Positions 31,099 to 40,174 of a stretch of 63,973 nucleotides of DNA are shown piece after piece; the first letter of the stretch is position 1; each line of letters begins with the position of its first letter. Both the position numbers and the translations under genes were made by a program. Below the pieces are notes generated by a model, which did no database searches, had not been told where the DNA came from, and was given only the letters and a program-made list of their open reading frames with translations. Source of the stretch: Candidatus Latescibacterota bacterium (GTDB taxonomy: Bacteria > Latescibacterota > UBA2968 > UBA8231); contig CBDBIJ010000137.1 of NCBI GenBank assembly GCA_965205655.1, positions 1-63,973 of the forward strand, read 5' to 3'.

Positions 31099-33237
31099 TT
31101 ACTGATTTTTCATGTATTTACGCAACAGAGATTCATAGATCTTGACGAAGTCCTCGCGGCCGTTGCTGCGGTTGTAGAAGTAGCAGAACGGATTCGGATT
31201 CAGCTCGAGAATCGAGAGCCCATCCTGCCCGCCGATCAGATCGACGGCGTAGAAGCCCAGATCGATGACTCGAGCGATCCTGCACGTCAGCTCCGCCATG
31301 GCCTCGAGCAGGTCGGGATCCTCGACTCTGACCGCCCGCCCCGAGGACTCGTGCAGGGGATTCGGATCCTCGACGGTTCCCTCGACCCGGTCGCTCTGTT
31401 TTTCGTAGGCCAGCAACAGGTCGGCCTGACTGGCCACCGCTCTGAACTCCCGACCGGCCACGAAGGTCTGTGCGAGCACGGTGTTGTCGACGAATCCGCT
31501 GTTCTCGAACAGGGACTGGAGTCGGGACTTCACCGCACTTCCGCTGCGCTCGACGTAGACCCCCTGCGACACGGAGCTGCGGTACTTCTTGATGAGAATG
31601 GGATACTCCATGTGACGATCGACATCTTCGACGATCTCGTCGACCGTGCGATGGCGTTTGTAGCGGTTGAAGCGATCGTCGGCATAGGGATTGAAAACCT
31701 GCATCGTGAACGGCACCGGCAGTCCCTCGCGGGCGAACAGTTCGTACTGGTAGCCCTTGTCCTCGGCCAGCCGCGCCGCCACGTAATCGTTGAACGGATG
31801 CTTGTTGCGCAGGAAATAGACGTGACTGCGGCCGGACCTCACCTTGAGAACATTGTCGTTCTCGGACACCCGTTCGCATTCCACCTGGGCCCGATCGCAC
31901 GCTTTCTCGACGCATGCCAGTGACTCGAGGGCGACATCCTCGCTGATCCCCTCCCGCTGGAAGGGCAACCCGAAATACTCTCGCGCCCTGGCCACCAGCG
32001 CCAGTGAGCCGGTGACGCATATATGGTCCGTTGACGTGGCGCACTCTGATGTGGCGGACTCTGATGTGGCGCACTCTAGTGTAGCGACGAAAGCCTGCTC
32101 ACACGAGGCGAACGTCGTCGTCGCGATGCCGCGGGGAGCGACCTGCTCCAGATGATGCGGTTCCATCGCCTTCGGATGATCGGAGCTGGTGAGTGCAAGA
32201 TTTCGTGCCAGCGGGCGCAGAGCCTCGAGGATACCGGCCGCGTCGTGCCCGCCGTTCACGCCGATGATGAATGTCCACCTGTTCGCGATCGCTCGCAGAT
32301 CCTCGGCCAGGGCGTGCGCCGCCGCCGGATTGTGGGCGCCGTCCAGAATGACGCATGGCTCGCGGCTCGCGTGCTCGAAGCGTCCCGGCCACTGGCAGCT
32401 CTCGACGATATCCCGGGCTACATCGATCGCCAGCCGGTCCCCGAAAAGATGCTGCGCCGTCCTCAGCGCGAGCTGGGCGTTCTCGACAAACGTGCAGGCG
32501 ACGTTTGTGCCGCGCGGCCGCGGCGACCATTGGCTTTGGGTTGGATCGGCGACGTGAAGCGGTATGCCCAGCGATTCACAGCGACTGCGCACATACGCCA
32601 GCACTTCGGCCGGCTGCCCGGACGTTGTGAAAAGCGGCCTGCCGCGGCGCCCGATGGCCAGCTTTTCCTCGGCGATGCCGATCAGGTCTTCGCCGAGCGC
32701 TTCGGTGTGATCGAGACCGATCGATGTCAGCACGGCCAGCTCCGAATCCCAGGCGTTCGTGGCGTCGTAGGTGCCACCGAGGCCAACCTCGAAGACGGCG
32801 CACTCCACCTCTGCCTCGGCGAACAGAAGCGCGGCCAGGGCGGTGAGGGCTTCGAATTTCGAGAATGGACCGTACCCCTCGTTTTCGAAGCCGCGGCTGC
32901 AGTCGAACAGGTGCGTGATCCCCTGCGCCCAGTGGTCCTTGCTGAGACTGTGCCCTCCCACCTGAATGCGCTCCCGCAGCGAGTGCAGGTGGGGCGATGT
33001 GTAGAGGCCGGTGCAGAATCCGGCTCCCAGCGCCAACCCCGCGAGCAGACTGCTCACCGTTCCCTTGCCGTTCGTGCCGCCGACTACAACCGACCGAAAC
33101 CGGCGCTGCGGATCGCCGAGTCTTCGCAGCAGGGCCTGCATCCGGGGCAGGTAGTCGTCGAGTGGGCCCGCATGCGGTCGGCCGCTTTCCCAGTCGGGAA
33201 GCGTGTCGAGGAATTGCCTGGCTCGCATGTAGTCCAT
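31099..33237 (-). CDS. folC: FolC-like Mur-family ligase fused to a C-terminal RimK-like ATP-grasp domain
   Basis: GTNGKG, TSPHL, EVGLGG, DATN, WPGR, LDGAHNP; then EDK, YPILIK, REFR, AVDL, LELNPNP. Confidence 0.85.
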   Translation of the reverse strand: MDYMRARQFLDTLPDWESGRPHAGPLDDYLPRMQALLRRLGDPQRRFRSVVVGGTNGKGTVSSLLAGLALGAGFCTGLYTSPHLHSLRERIQVGGHSLSKDHWAQGITHLFDCSRGFENEGYGPFSKFEALTALAALLFAEAEVECAVFEVGLGGTYDATNAWDSELAVLTSIGLDHTEALGEDLIGIAEEKLAIGRRGRPLFTTSGQPAEVLAYVRSRCESLGIPLHVADPTQSQWSPRPRGTNVACTFVENAQLALRTAQHLFGDRLAIDVARDIVESCQWPGRFEHASREPCVILDGAHNPAAAHALAEDLRAIANRWTFIIGVNGGHDAAGILEALRPLARNLALTSSDHPKAMEPHHLEQVAPRGIATTTFASCEQAFVATLECATSESATSECATSTDHICVTGSLALVARAREYFGLPFQREGISEDVALESLACVEKACDRAQVECERVSENDNVLKVRSGRSHVYFLRNKHPFNDYVAARLAEDKGYQYELFAREGLPVPFTMQVFNPYADDRFNRYKRHRTVDEIVEDVDRHMEYPILIKKYRSSVSQGVYVERSGSAVKSRLQSLFENSGFVDNTVLAQTFVAGREFRAVASQADLLLAYEKQSDRVEGTVEDPNPLHESSGRAVRVEDPDLLEAMAELTCRIARVIDLGFYAVDLIGGQDGLSILELNPNPFCYFYNRSNGREDFVKIYESLLRKYMKNQ
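32036..32080. repeat. 3 x 15-bp in-frame tandem repeat
   Basis: GTGGCGCACTCTGAT / GTGGCGGACTCTGAT / GTGGCGCACTCTAGT, encoding LECAT-SESAT-SECAT. Confidence 0.85.
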
Positions 33238-33252
33238 GGTTTGACGAACCCC

Positions 33253-34302
33253 TCAACCGCCGCGGGTGTGCATCTCCCGATGCGGGTCCAGCTTCAACTC
33301 TTCCACCTGGTAGAGCGCGCCGCGACCTGGGGCGGAGAGACGATCCTCGGCGCCGCGATCGACACGGCTCTCCCACAAGCGTCGAATAGTCGCCGTGAGC
33401 TCCCCGTTCGAGCTCCCGTTGCGAATCATTTCACGCAGGTTGATCCCCTCCTGGGCGTAGAGACACTGGTACCACCAGCCGTCCGCCGTGAGGCGGCTGC
33501 GGTCGCAGGCTCCGCAGAAGGGCTCTGTCGTGGAGGCGATCACCCCGAAGCGGGTGCCGTCCTCGAGGCGAAAGCTCTCTGCCGGCGCCGAACCTCTCCC
33601 TCCGACCGGCTCGACAGGGCCCAGGTTCGCCACGATACGTTCGAGAATTTCGCCCTTCGAAAGGACGCGCTCCGGCGACCACAGAGTCGCCCCTCCCACA
33701 TCCATGTACTCGATGAAACGGATCTCCGCCCCCGTCCTCTTGCCGAAGGCGATCAGATCTGCGAGCTCGTCGTCGTTGAAATTCCTCATGACGACGGTGT
33801 TGATCTTGAGCTCGCGAAAACCCGCCTCGGCAGCTACCTCAATTCCCTCGATGACCCGATCGAGATGGGCGCGACGGGTCAGCATCTCGAAACGGGCCGA
33901 CTTCAGCGAATCGAGACTCACCGTCACCCGATGAAGACCGGCCCGCCGCAGCGACTCCGCGTAGCGCGACAGCTGCGTCCCGTTCGTCGTCATGGCCAGA
34001 TCTTCGATCCTCTCGATCGTCGCCAGCCGGCCCACGAGCTCGACGACGCCGGTGCGGAGCAGCGGCTCACCGCCGGTGAGGCGGACCTTCCTGACGCCGA
34101 CCATGGTGAAGGCTTCGACGACCGTGCCGATCTCCCCCAGGGTCAGTATGTCCGTTTTCGGCAGCCACACGTACTCCTCTTCGGGCATGCAGTAGCCGCA
34201 GCGCAGATCGCAGCGATCGATGACGGAGATTCGCAGACTCTGCAGCGGCCTGTCGTAGACATCGGTGGCGACGGAACTGGCGCCGTCGCTAGGACTGCCC
34301 AT
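33253..34302 (-). CDS. moaA: GTP 3',8-cyclase
   Basis: CDLRCGYC, LTGGEP, FCGACDRSR, C-terminal GG; AGGAGG before ATG 34302. Confidence 0.95.
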   Translation of the reverse strand: MGSPSDGASSVATDVYDRPLQSLRISVIDRCDLRCGYCMPEEEYVWLPKTDILTLGEIGTVVEAFTMVGVRKVRLTGGEPLLRTGVVELVGRLATIERIEDLAMTTNGTQLSRYAESLRRAGLHRVTVSLDSLKSARFEMLTRRAHLDRVIEGIEVAAEAGFRELKINTVVMRNFNDDELADLIAFGKRTGAEIRFIEYMDVGGATLWSPERVLSKGEILERIVANLGPVEPVGGRGSAPAESFRLEDGTRFGVIASTTEPFCGACDRSRLTADGWWYQCLYAQEGINLREMIRNGSSNGELTATIRRLWESRVDRGAEDRLSAPGRGALYQVEELKLDPHREMHTRGG

Positions 34303-34304
34303 TT

Positions 34305-34523
34305 TCAACCTCCTGAGGCGTTCCAGACCCACCACACAGAGATGAACATGAAGACGAATGTCAGCGCCCCGTGAATGCTGATGTCGGCGGCGAGATTGTG
34401 TGCCAGTCGAGCGATGACGACGAACACCAGATCGAAGAACAACTCGAGCCAGGTCACCGCCCGGTGAAGCTCGAACTCTTCGTCAGCTCTGAGCGCCGGC
34501 TTTTGCCACCAGGATCGTTTCAT
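34305..34523 (-). pseudogene. ltrA: N-terminal fragment of low temperature requirement protein A
   Basis: VTWLELFFDLVFV and VWWVW motifs; only 72 aa remain. Confidence 0.8.
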
Positions 34524-34661
34524 GGGGGCCTAAGATAACATCTCGAGGCGGTCAATGCGGCGGCGCGTGGCTGGCGTCGCTCCGGGTCCCGCCCGATCTT
34601 CTCCGCACGACTGCAAAGCCGCTTTTCTCAACCGTGGACGTAAGAGTAGGGTAAACGACAC

Positions 34662-34945
34662 ATGAGCCAGGCCGAGACGAATCAGATCGGCAAGCTGCTC
34701 GAAGGCCAGGACTACGTCGCCGGCGACGACATCGCCATGTCACTCCATCTGGCGCGCGCCCTCGACAAACCGCTTCTGGTGGAGGGGCCGGCGGGGGTTG
34801 GCAAGACGGAAATCGCCAAGGTCATGGCCCGTGCCCTCGATACGGAGCTCATCCGCCTCCAGTGCTACGAGGGGCTCGACATGTCCACCTCCCTCTACGA
34901 GTGGAACTATCAGCGTCAGCTCCTCCAGATCAGGATGGAGGAGTC
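34662..34945 (+). pseudogene. N-terminal fragment of MoxR/CoxD AAA+ ATPase
   Basis: EGPAGVGKT, RLQCYEGLD, YEWNYQRQLL; no Walker B follows. Confidence 0.85.
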
Positions 34946-35128
34946 GAAGCCATCGAAGCCGCTCTCATCGGCCAGTCTCTCGACGAGGCATCCGTTGCCA
35001 CTGTTTGCGAAAAAGCAGCCGACGGTGTGGAGCTGCTCGGCGACGCCTTTGCGGGAGAGGACTATCGGCGCCATCTGGCGAAGGTATTCGCCAGGAGGGC
35101 AATCCTGGCTGCTGCCGAAGCGGCGTAG
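34943..35128 (+). pseudogene. C-terminal fragment of CoxM/XdhB-type FAD subunit
   Basis: VEAIEAALIG...DAFAGEDYRRHLAKVFARRA. Confidence 0.75.
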
Positions 35129-35388
35129 AGACGTGACATTGTCGCCATGCGTTGACAGGTCAGTTCACGCGATTGTATCAAAAGACCCGAAATTTCGATC
35201 CTTTCATCGTGCGACGTTGATAGAGAATCTTCCGAAAAAACAGTATGTTATGTTATATGTATGGCAGCCCGATCTGAATAGATAGGCGATGGCACATGCA
35301 TTGCTCAACTAACTTGTGAACGTTGATCTCAGCGCCGTTGACGATCGACCTCAGGTCGATGACGCTCGACGTCACAGGGAGGTGGGCC

Positions 35389-35577
35389 ATGAACAGCTTC
35401 CAGCTCGGCGACACCGTGAGATTTACCAGCAGCAGAGATCTGGTTGTTGGACGAGTGGAGGAGATTCGGGAGGGGTTCGACGGGAATAACCTGCTCGTCG
35501 TCAGGCAAGGACTTCCGATGTTCGGACCGCGCTTCGTCGTCCTTTCCAGCTACGCCGAAAAGCTGCAACCCGCCTAA
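35389..35577 (+). CDS. 62-aa hypothetical protein, SH3/KOW-like beta pattern
   Basis: GGAGG before the ATG; FQLGDTVRF..VVGRVEEI. Confidence 0.55.
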   Translation: MNSFQLGDTVRFTSSRDLVVGRVEEIREGFDGNNLLVVRQGLPMFGPRFVVLSSYAEKLQPA

Positions 35578-35647
35578 AGACACGCCGCTTCGCCACGCTC
35601 TTACACCGCTGTTGCCTAGCCGCGTCCGACTGCGGCAGCTCCACATG

Positions 35648-35693
35648 TAGTAGCTCCGTCTTGTCCCCTCTAGTAGCTCCGTCTTGTCCCCTC
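35648..35693. repeat. perfect 2 x 23-bp tandem repeat
   Basis: TAGTAGCTCCGTCTTGTCCCCTC twice. Confidence 0.9.
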
Positions 35694-35801
35694 CGAGATA
35701 ATTTCGTACCGTCCTCCTGCGTGCAAGTAGGCCGAGCCATCGCGCTCGGACAACTCAATCCCCGGAAGTCGGGTTTCCGGCTTCGAGAAGGAGGAAGCAA
35801 C

Positions 35802-36239
35802 ATGGCACTCATTCCCCTCATCAGTTCCGACATCGCCGGTCCCCTCGGCGCCATCCATCTGCCGCGGCTGTGGTCGAAGTGTCTCCTGAGCGCCACCGGC
35901 CAGCTCGAAGACGGCTACGATGAGTGCGGCCAGGGTTTCGACCAGATGACCCTCGATGGCCTGAAGGTCGATCGAGACGCCGCCGTCGATTTCATAAAGT
36001 CCAACAAACCGACCTACGCCAAGTTCGAGCAGTGGGTGCTCGAGCAGAGAGGCCGCAGCATCCCCTCCAGTGAGATCGAGGCTTCCAACGCCGCCATCCG
36101 CGGTTACAACCACGCCGACGACACCCGCAAGGAAATCCTCTCGGCAGCCGGGGTCGACGACGACGGCTCGATCCTTGATGCGGTGAACCTGAACAATCTG
36201 GATGACTGGACCGAGCTCCACTCAGCTGTGACTGGTTGA
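35802..36239 (+). CDS. DUF5069-like protein
   Basis: AAGGAGG RBS; GPLGAIHLPRLWSK...Y...G.D motif; C-terminal LDD. Confidence 0.7.
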   Translation: MALIPLISSDIAGPLGAIHLPRLWSKCLLSATGQLEDGYDECGQGFDQMTLDGLKVDRDAAVDFIKSNKPTYAKFEQWVLEQRGRSIPSSEIEASNAAIRGYNHADDTRKEILSAAGVDDDGSILDAVNLNNLDDWTELHSAVTG

Positions 36240-36252
36240 GTGACCTCAGACG

Positions 36253-37182
36253 ATGGCAAAGCGCGACTTCAAAATCGGAGTGGTCGGCGTCGGCCGCATG
36301 GGGGCCAACATCGCCCGTCATCTCAAAGATGTGGGCTTCCCCGTCACCGTCGTTTACGACTCGCAGCGGCAACTCGCTCGCAAGGTCGCCGGTGAGCTCG
36401 GCGCCCAGGCGGCCGACAAGCTCGCCGATGTGACGGCGGCGGCGGACTACATTATCACGGTGGTCACCGACGACAGGTCCATGCGGTCCATCTTCGCCCA
36501 GCGCGGAGACAGCCTCCTCGTGGGCGCCAGGAGAAAGACGTTCATCAACTGCGCCACCGTCACTCCGGACGTTCATGTGGAGACTGAAAAGCGCGCGGCG
36601 AAGGTAGGCGCTTCGACGCTCGAGGGCTGCATGGCCAGCAGCATCACCCAGGCGCGCGAGGGCACCCTCTACCTCATGATCGGCGGCAAGAAGCGGGTCT
36701 TCGACAAAGTGCTGCCGCTTCTGAAGGCGATGAGCGTCAACCTGCGCTATGTCGGCCCCACCGGAAAGGCCGCCCAGGTCAAGGCGCTCGTCAACATGGT
36801 GATGAACATCAACACCGCCGCCCTCGCCGAAGGGCTCGGCATCGGCAAAGCTCTCCGTCTCGACCTCAAGATGCTGATGGAGGTCTTCTCGCAGACGGGG
36901 GCCAACTCGCGAGTGCTGGAAACCGACGGCGAGGACATGGTCGCCCGCGATCACGAATGCTACTTCTCGGCGGCTCACGCCGCCAAGGACTCCGGCATTG
37001 CCATGAAGCTCGGACAGGATAAGGGTCTGAACCTGCCGCTGGCCAGAGCGACGAAAGCCCAGTTCAGCAAGATGATTCAGATCGGCAAGGGTGAGCTAGA
37101 CAAATCCGGCGTCGCCGAACTCACGTTTCCGGGTCGGTCGGGCGCTCGCAAGGCACAAAAGAAAGCGAAGAGGAAGAGGTAG
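36253..37182 (+). CDS. 3-hydroxyisobutyrate/6-phosphogluconate dehydrogenase family oxidoreductase
   Basis: GVGRMG, KALVN, AAKDS. Confidence 0.9.
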   Translation: MAKRDFKIGVVGVGRMGANIARHLKDVGFPVTVVYDSQRQLARKVAGELGAQAADKLADVTAAADYIITVVTDDRSMRSIFAQRGDSLLVGARRKTFINCATVTPDVHVETEKRAAKVGASTLEGCMASSITQAREGTLYLMIGGKKRVFDKVLPLLKAMSVNLRYVGPTGKAAQVKALVNMVMNINTAALAEGLGIGKALRLDLKMLMEVFSQTGANSRVLETDGEDMVARDHECYFSAAHAAKDSGIAMKLGQDKGLNLPLARATKAQFSKMIQIGKGELDKSGVAELTFPGRSGARKAQKKAKRKR

Positions 37183-37247
37183 CGGCTCCGCTTCGCGCCC
37201 CAAATGTGTGACGCCATCCCCGTCGGCTCCGCCGGCGGGGATGTTTA

Positions 37248-37628
37248 TTATCCGCCCTCGATCGGATAGCCCGCCTCGGTCCAGCCTCGATAGCCGCCGT
37301 CCATTGAGATGATGTTCGTGTAGCCCATCTTCTGCAGACTGTCAGCCGTCAGGGCGGAACGGTAGCCGCCGCCGCAGTAGAGGACGATTTCAGCGTCGTA
37401 GTCGGGGTAGTGCTCTTCGATGTCCCGTTCGATGATGCCGCGCCCGAGCTGAAAGGCGTCCGGCAGGTGTCCCTCCGCCCACTCACTCTCCTCCCTCACG
37501 TCAATAAGGGCAAACTCCTCTCCGCTCCGCAAACGCTCCATGACATCGTCAATCGTCGTCTCCTGAATGCGGCTCCGCGCATCTTCTGCGAGTTTGATGA
37601 ACCGATCGGTGTGCTCTTTGTGCTGCAT
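37248..37628 (-). CDS. single-domain rhodanese
   Basis: DVRE..EW..GHLP, YCGGGYRS, MDGG. Confidence 0.93.
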   Translation of the reverse strand: MQHKEHTDRFIKLAEDARSRIQETTIDDVMERLRSGEEFALIDVREESEWAEGHLPDAFQLGRGIIERDIEEHYPDYDAEIVLYCGGGYRSALTADSLQKMGYTNIISMDGGYRGWTEAGYPIEGG

Positions 37629-37640
37629 TCCTCCCTCCTC

Positions 37641-38654
37641 CTACTTACTTCCGTCGTTGTGATGGCCGGCGCTGTACGCCTCGAAGACGATCTTCAGGTC
37701 GCGGTTGGCCCGCTCGAAGTTGGAGTACGGTTGCCGGCCTCCTTCGAGACATGACAGAAAATCCGACGTCATCGTCTTGTACCCCATGAGGTCGCTGAAC
37801 CCGGGAAATGTCAGGCGGCGTCGCCTGCCGTGCCACAGGTAGATCCCGTTGCTTTCGAACGCCAACTTCCCCTCCTCACCGATGACGCGCGAATGCTGAA
37901 AAGTTCCCTTCAGCATGGCCGGGACGTCCCAGCCGTAGTGCAACGTGGCGCTGAGGGTCTCGTCGTAGGACAGCCTTGCCCGCACCTGGCGCTCCGGCTC
38001 GTCCCCCGTTTGGGTCGGAAACTCCGCCGCTGCCGAACGCGGTGCCTGAACCGCCACCGGCGCCGAACTCTTCTTCTCCTTGTCCGTCTGCCGCAATGCC
38101 AGGGCGCTGTCTGCCAGATCCGCGACGAGAGCGACGAAGTGAATCCCTCCTTCCAACAGAGATCCGAACGACTCCCGCCACCCCGTCAGTCTCCCGTGTT
38201 TCGTGAGCTTGCGGGCTTCCACTGAGTGAATTCGCCCGAGCGCTCCGGCCTCGATCATCGCCTTCATCAGCATCAGTGACGGCTTGTAGTAGTAGTTCTC
38301 CGCGATCATCAGAATCGGAGACCCGTTGTCCCGCACCGCGGCGCCGATCTGATCGAGCTCGGTTTGGGAAACGCACAGCGGCTTCTCGACGAGCGTGGGT
38401 TTGCCGGCCTGCAGCGCCGCCACGACTTGATCCTTGTGCACTCCTGCGGGTGTCGCCAGCACGATGGCATCGACATCGTCTCGACTCAGCAACTCGTCGT
38501 AGCCGTCGCATACGCCGATCCCGCCGTGGCGTTCGTTAAATCGTTCCGCGCTCGTGCGAGTACGGCTGCAGAAAAGGAGCTCGGCGCGGCCGCTCAGATT
38601 CCTGGCGTGGAGCTGGCCGATCGAACCGCATCCCACCAGGCCGATTCGATTCAT
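37641..38654 (-). CDS. Gfo/Idh/MocA oxidoreductase
   Basis: GCGSIG, VEKP, EGGIH. Confidence 0.9.
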   Translation of the reverse strand: MNRIGLVGCGSIGQLHARNLSGRAELLFCSRTRTSAERFNERHGGIGVCDGYDELLSRDDVDAIVLATPAGVHKDQVVAALQAGKPTLVEKPLCVSQTELDQIGAAVRDNGSPILMIAENYYYKPSLMLMKAMIEAGALGRIHSVEARKLTKHGRLTGWRESFGSLLEGGIHFVALVADLADSALALRQTDKEKKSSAPVAVQAPRSAAAEFPTQTGDEPERQVRARLSYDETLSATLHYGWDVPAMLKGTFQHSRVIGEEGKLAFESNGIYLWHGRRRRLTFPGFSDLMGYKTMTSDFLSCLEGGRQPYSNFERANRDLKIVFEAYSAGHHNDGSK

Positions 38655-38688
38655 TTGGATTCCACCACGGCCTTCATTCCCAATTCCC

Positions 38689-40173
38689 TCACTGGCTCGC
38701 CAGCATGCGGTCTGCCACCCGCAGGGCGTTGGCGGTGATTGTCAGGCTCGGATTCACAGCCCCGGAGGTGGGCATGAAGCTGCCGTCCACCACCCGAAGA
38801 TTGTCCAGGCCGAGGAAGCGGCAGTCGCTGTCGAGGACGCTGCCGCCGCCGTCGCCGAATGGCACCGAACCGACAGCATGCGAAAACGTGTCGACTTCGT
38901 ATACCCGTGTCACCAGCGCCCCGGCGGCCTTGAGGATGCGGCGGGCTCTTGCGACCAAGTAGTCTCGACGCCGATAGTCTGCCTCGCTGTAGGCGTGATC
39001 GACCATCGTTATCGGCAGGCCGTACTCGTCGGACTCCTGCGCCGACATCCGGATCCTATTCTCGCGTTGCGCTTCGTCTTCGGCGATGCAGAGCAGATTC
39101 TGCATGTATTTGGTCAGCGAGCCAGCGACTCGTTTTACTCCTGCCGGAGCGAAGTGGCGGATGACGTCATGGGATGGCGTGTAGATGTCCTGGATGATCC
39201 CTGTCGCGCGTCCGCTCGTCGAGCGGTCGTCTTCGTAGAAATCGCTAAAACACAGCTGCTTGTGGAACACCTCGGTTGGGTTGGTCCGGCGTGCGAAGAG
39301 GCCCGTAACCACCGCGTTGCAGTGGCGCATGAGTCCGCGCCCGAGTAGCTGCGAGAAGCGCTCGAAACCGGAGCGCAGCAGTAGGGCAGCGCTCTGGATG
39401 GCGCCGGCGCTCAGGATGAACGTGTCCGCTTCCAGTCGCATCACCCGCTTCGAGGCGGCGTCAACACACTCGAGCCCTGTGATGCGTCCCGCCTCTTCCT
39501 CGAACTTGCTTCCCACGACGTTCGTCATCACTTCCACGCCCAGCTCCTGGGCCTCGCTCAGCAACGTCGTGGTGACATCGTTTTTCGCCTCGATCTTGCA
39601 CGGAAAGCCGTCGCAGGTGATGCACTTGATGCAGACGGGGCGCGCCTGATTCCGGAAGTTGATCGCCAGAGGTATCTTGAAGGGCTGGTAGCCGAGTTTC
39701 CTCCCTGCTTCCAGGACGCGCCGTGCCGGTCCAGTCAGCTCCGCAGCCTCGAAGGGATACTCCTCCGACCGTGGCGGCTCGCCGGCGTGGGGCTCTCGTT
39801 GGCCATGAACCCCCAGCAGTCTCTCTGCCTGGCAATAATACGGCTCGAAATCCTCGTATCCCACCGGCCACTCGGCGAAGTCCGTCTGCCGCAGCCGCAG
39901 AGAAGCGCCACCGTAGAACACGGAGTTGCCTCCCAGAACCTCGTTCAAGTAGAGCTTGATGTGCCCCCTGGCGCCGTGGCGGCGGACGACCATCGGTGAG
40001 TGCGATCGGTAGCGTTGCTCGATCAGAATCCGACGCTGGTTCCAGTCGTCATCATCGCGCTTGGGCCGGCCGCCCCGCTCGATCAGGAGCACTCTGCGAC
40101 CTGCTTTCGCCATGGCGTGAGCCGAAGCGGCGCCGCCAAAACCCGATCCCACGATGACGACGTCGTAGCCCAT
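38689..40173 (-). CDS. GMC family flavoprotein oxidoreductase
   Basis: GSGFGG, LGGNS, CxxCxxC...C, VVDGS, NPSLTI. Confidence 0.92.
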   Translation of the reverse strand: MGYDVVIVGSGFGGAASAHAMAKAGRRVLLIERGGRPKRDDDDWNQRRILIEQRYRSHSPMVVRRHGARGHIKLYLNEVLGGNSVFYGGASLRLRQTDFAEWPVGYEDFEPYYCQAERLLGVHGQREPHAGEPPRSEEYPFEAAELTGPARRVLEAGRKLGYQPFKIPLAINFRNQARPVCIKCITCDGFPCKIEAKNDVTTTLLSEAQELGVEVMTNVVGSKFEEEAGRITGLECVDAASKRVMRLEADTFILSAGAIQSAALLLRSGFERFSQLLGRGLMRHCNAVVTGLFARRTNPTEVFHKQLCFSDFYEDDRSTSGRATGIIQDIYTPSHDVIRHFAPAGVKRVAGSLTKYMQNLLCIAEDEAQRENRIRMSAQESDEYGLPITMVDHAYSEADYRRRDYLVARARRILKAAGALVTRVYEVDTFSHAVGSVPFGDGGGSVLDSDCRFLGLDNLRVVDGSFMPTSGAVNPSLTITANALRVADRMLASQ

Positions 40174-40174
40174 T

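Noticed and set aside
32152..34374. 740-aa plus-strand ORF and similar long antisense ORFs
   Set aside because: These are shadows of folC/moaA and other real genes, caused by high GC3, and carry no motifs.
35648..35693. CRISPR array
   Set aside because: Two adjacent units with no spacer and no cas genes. No array was seen anywhere in the window.
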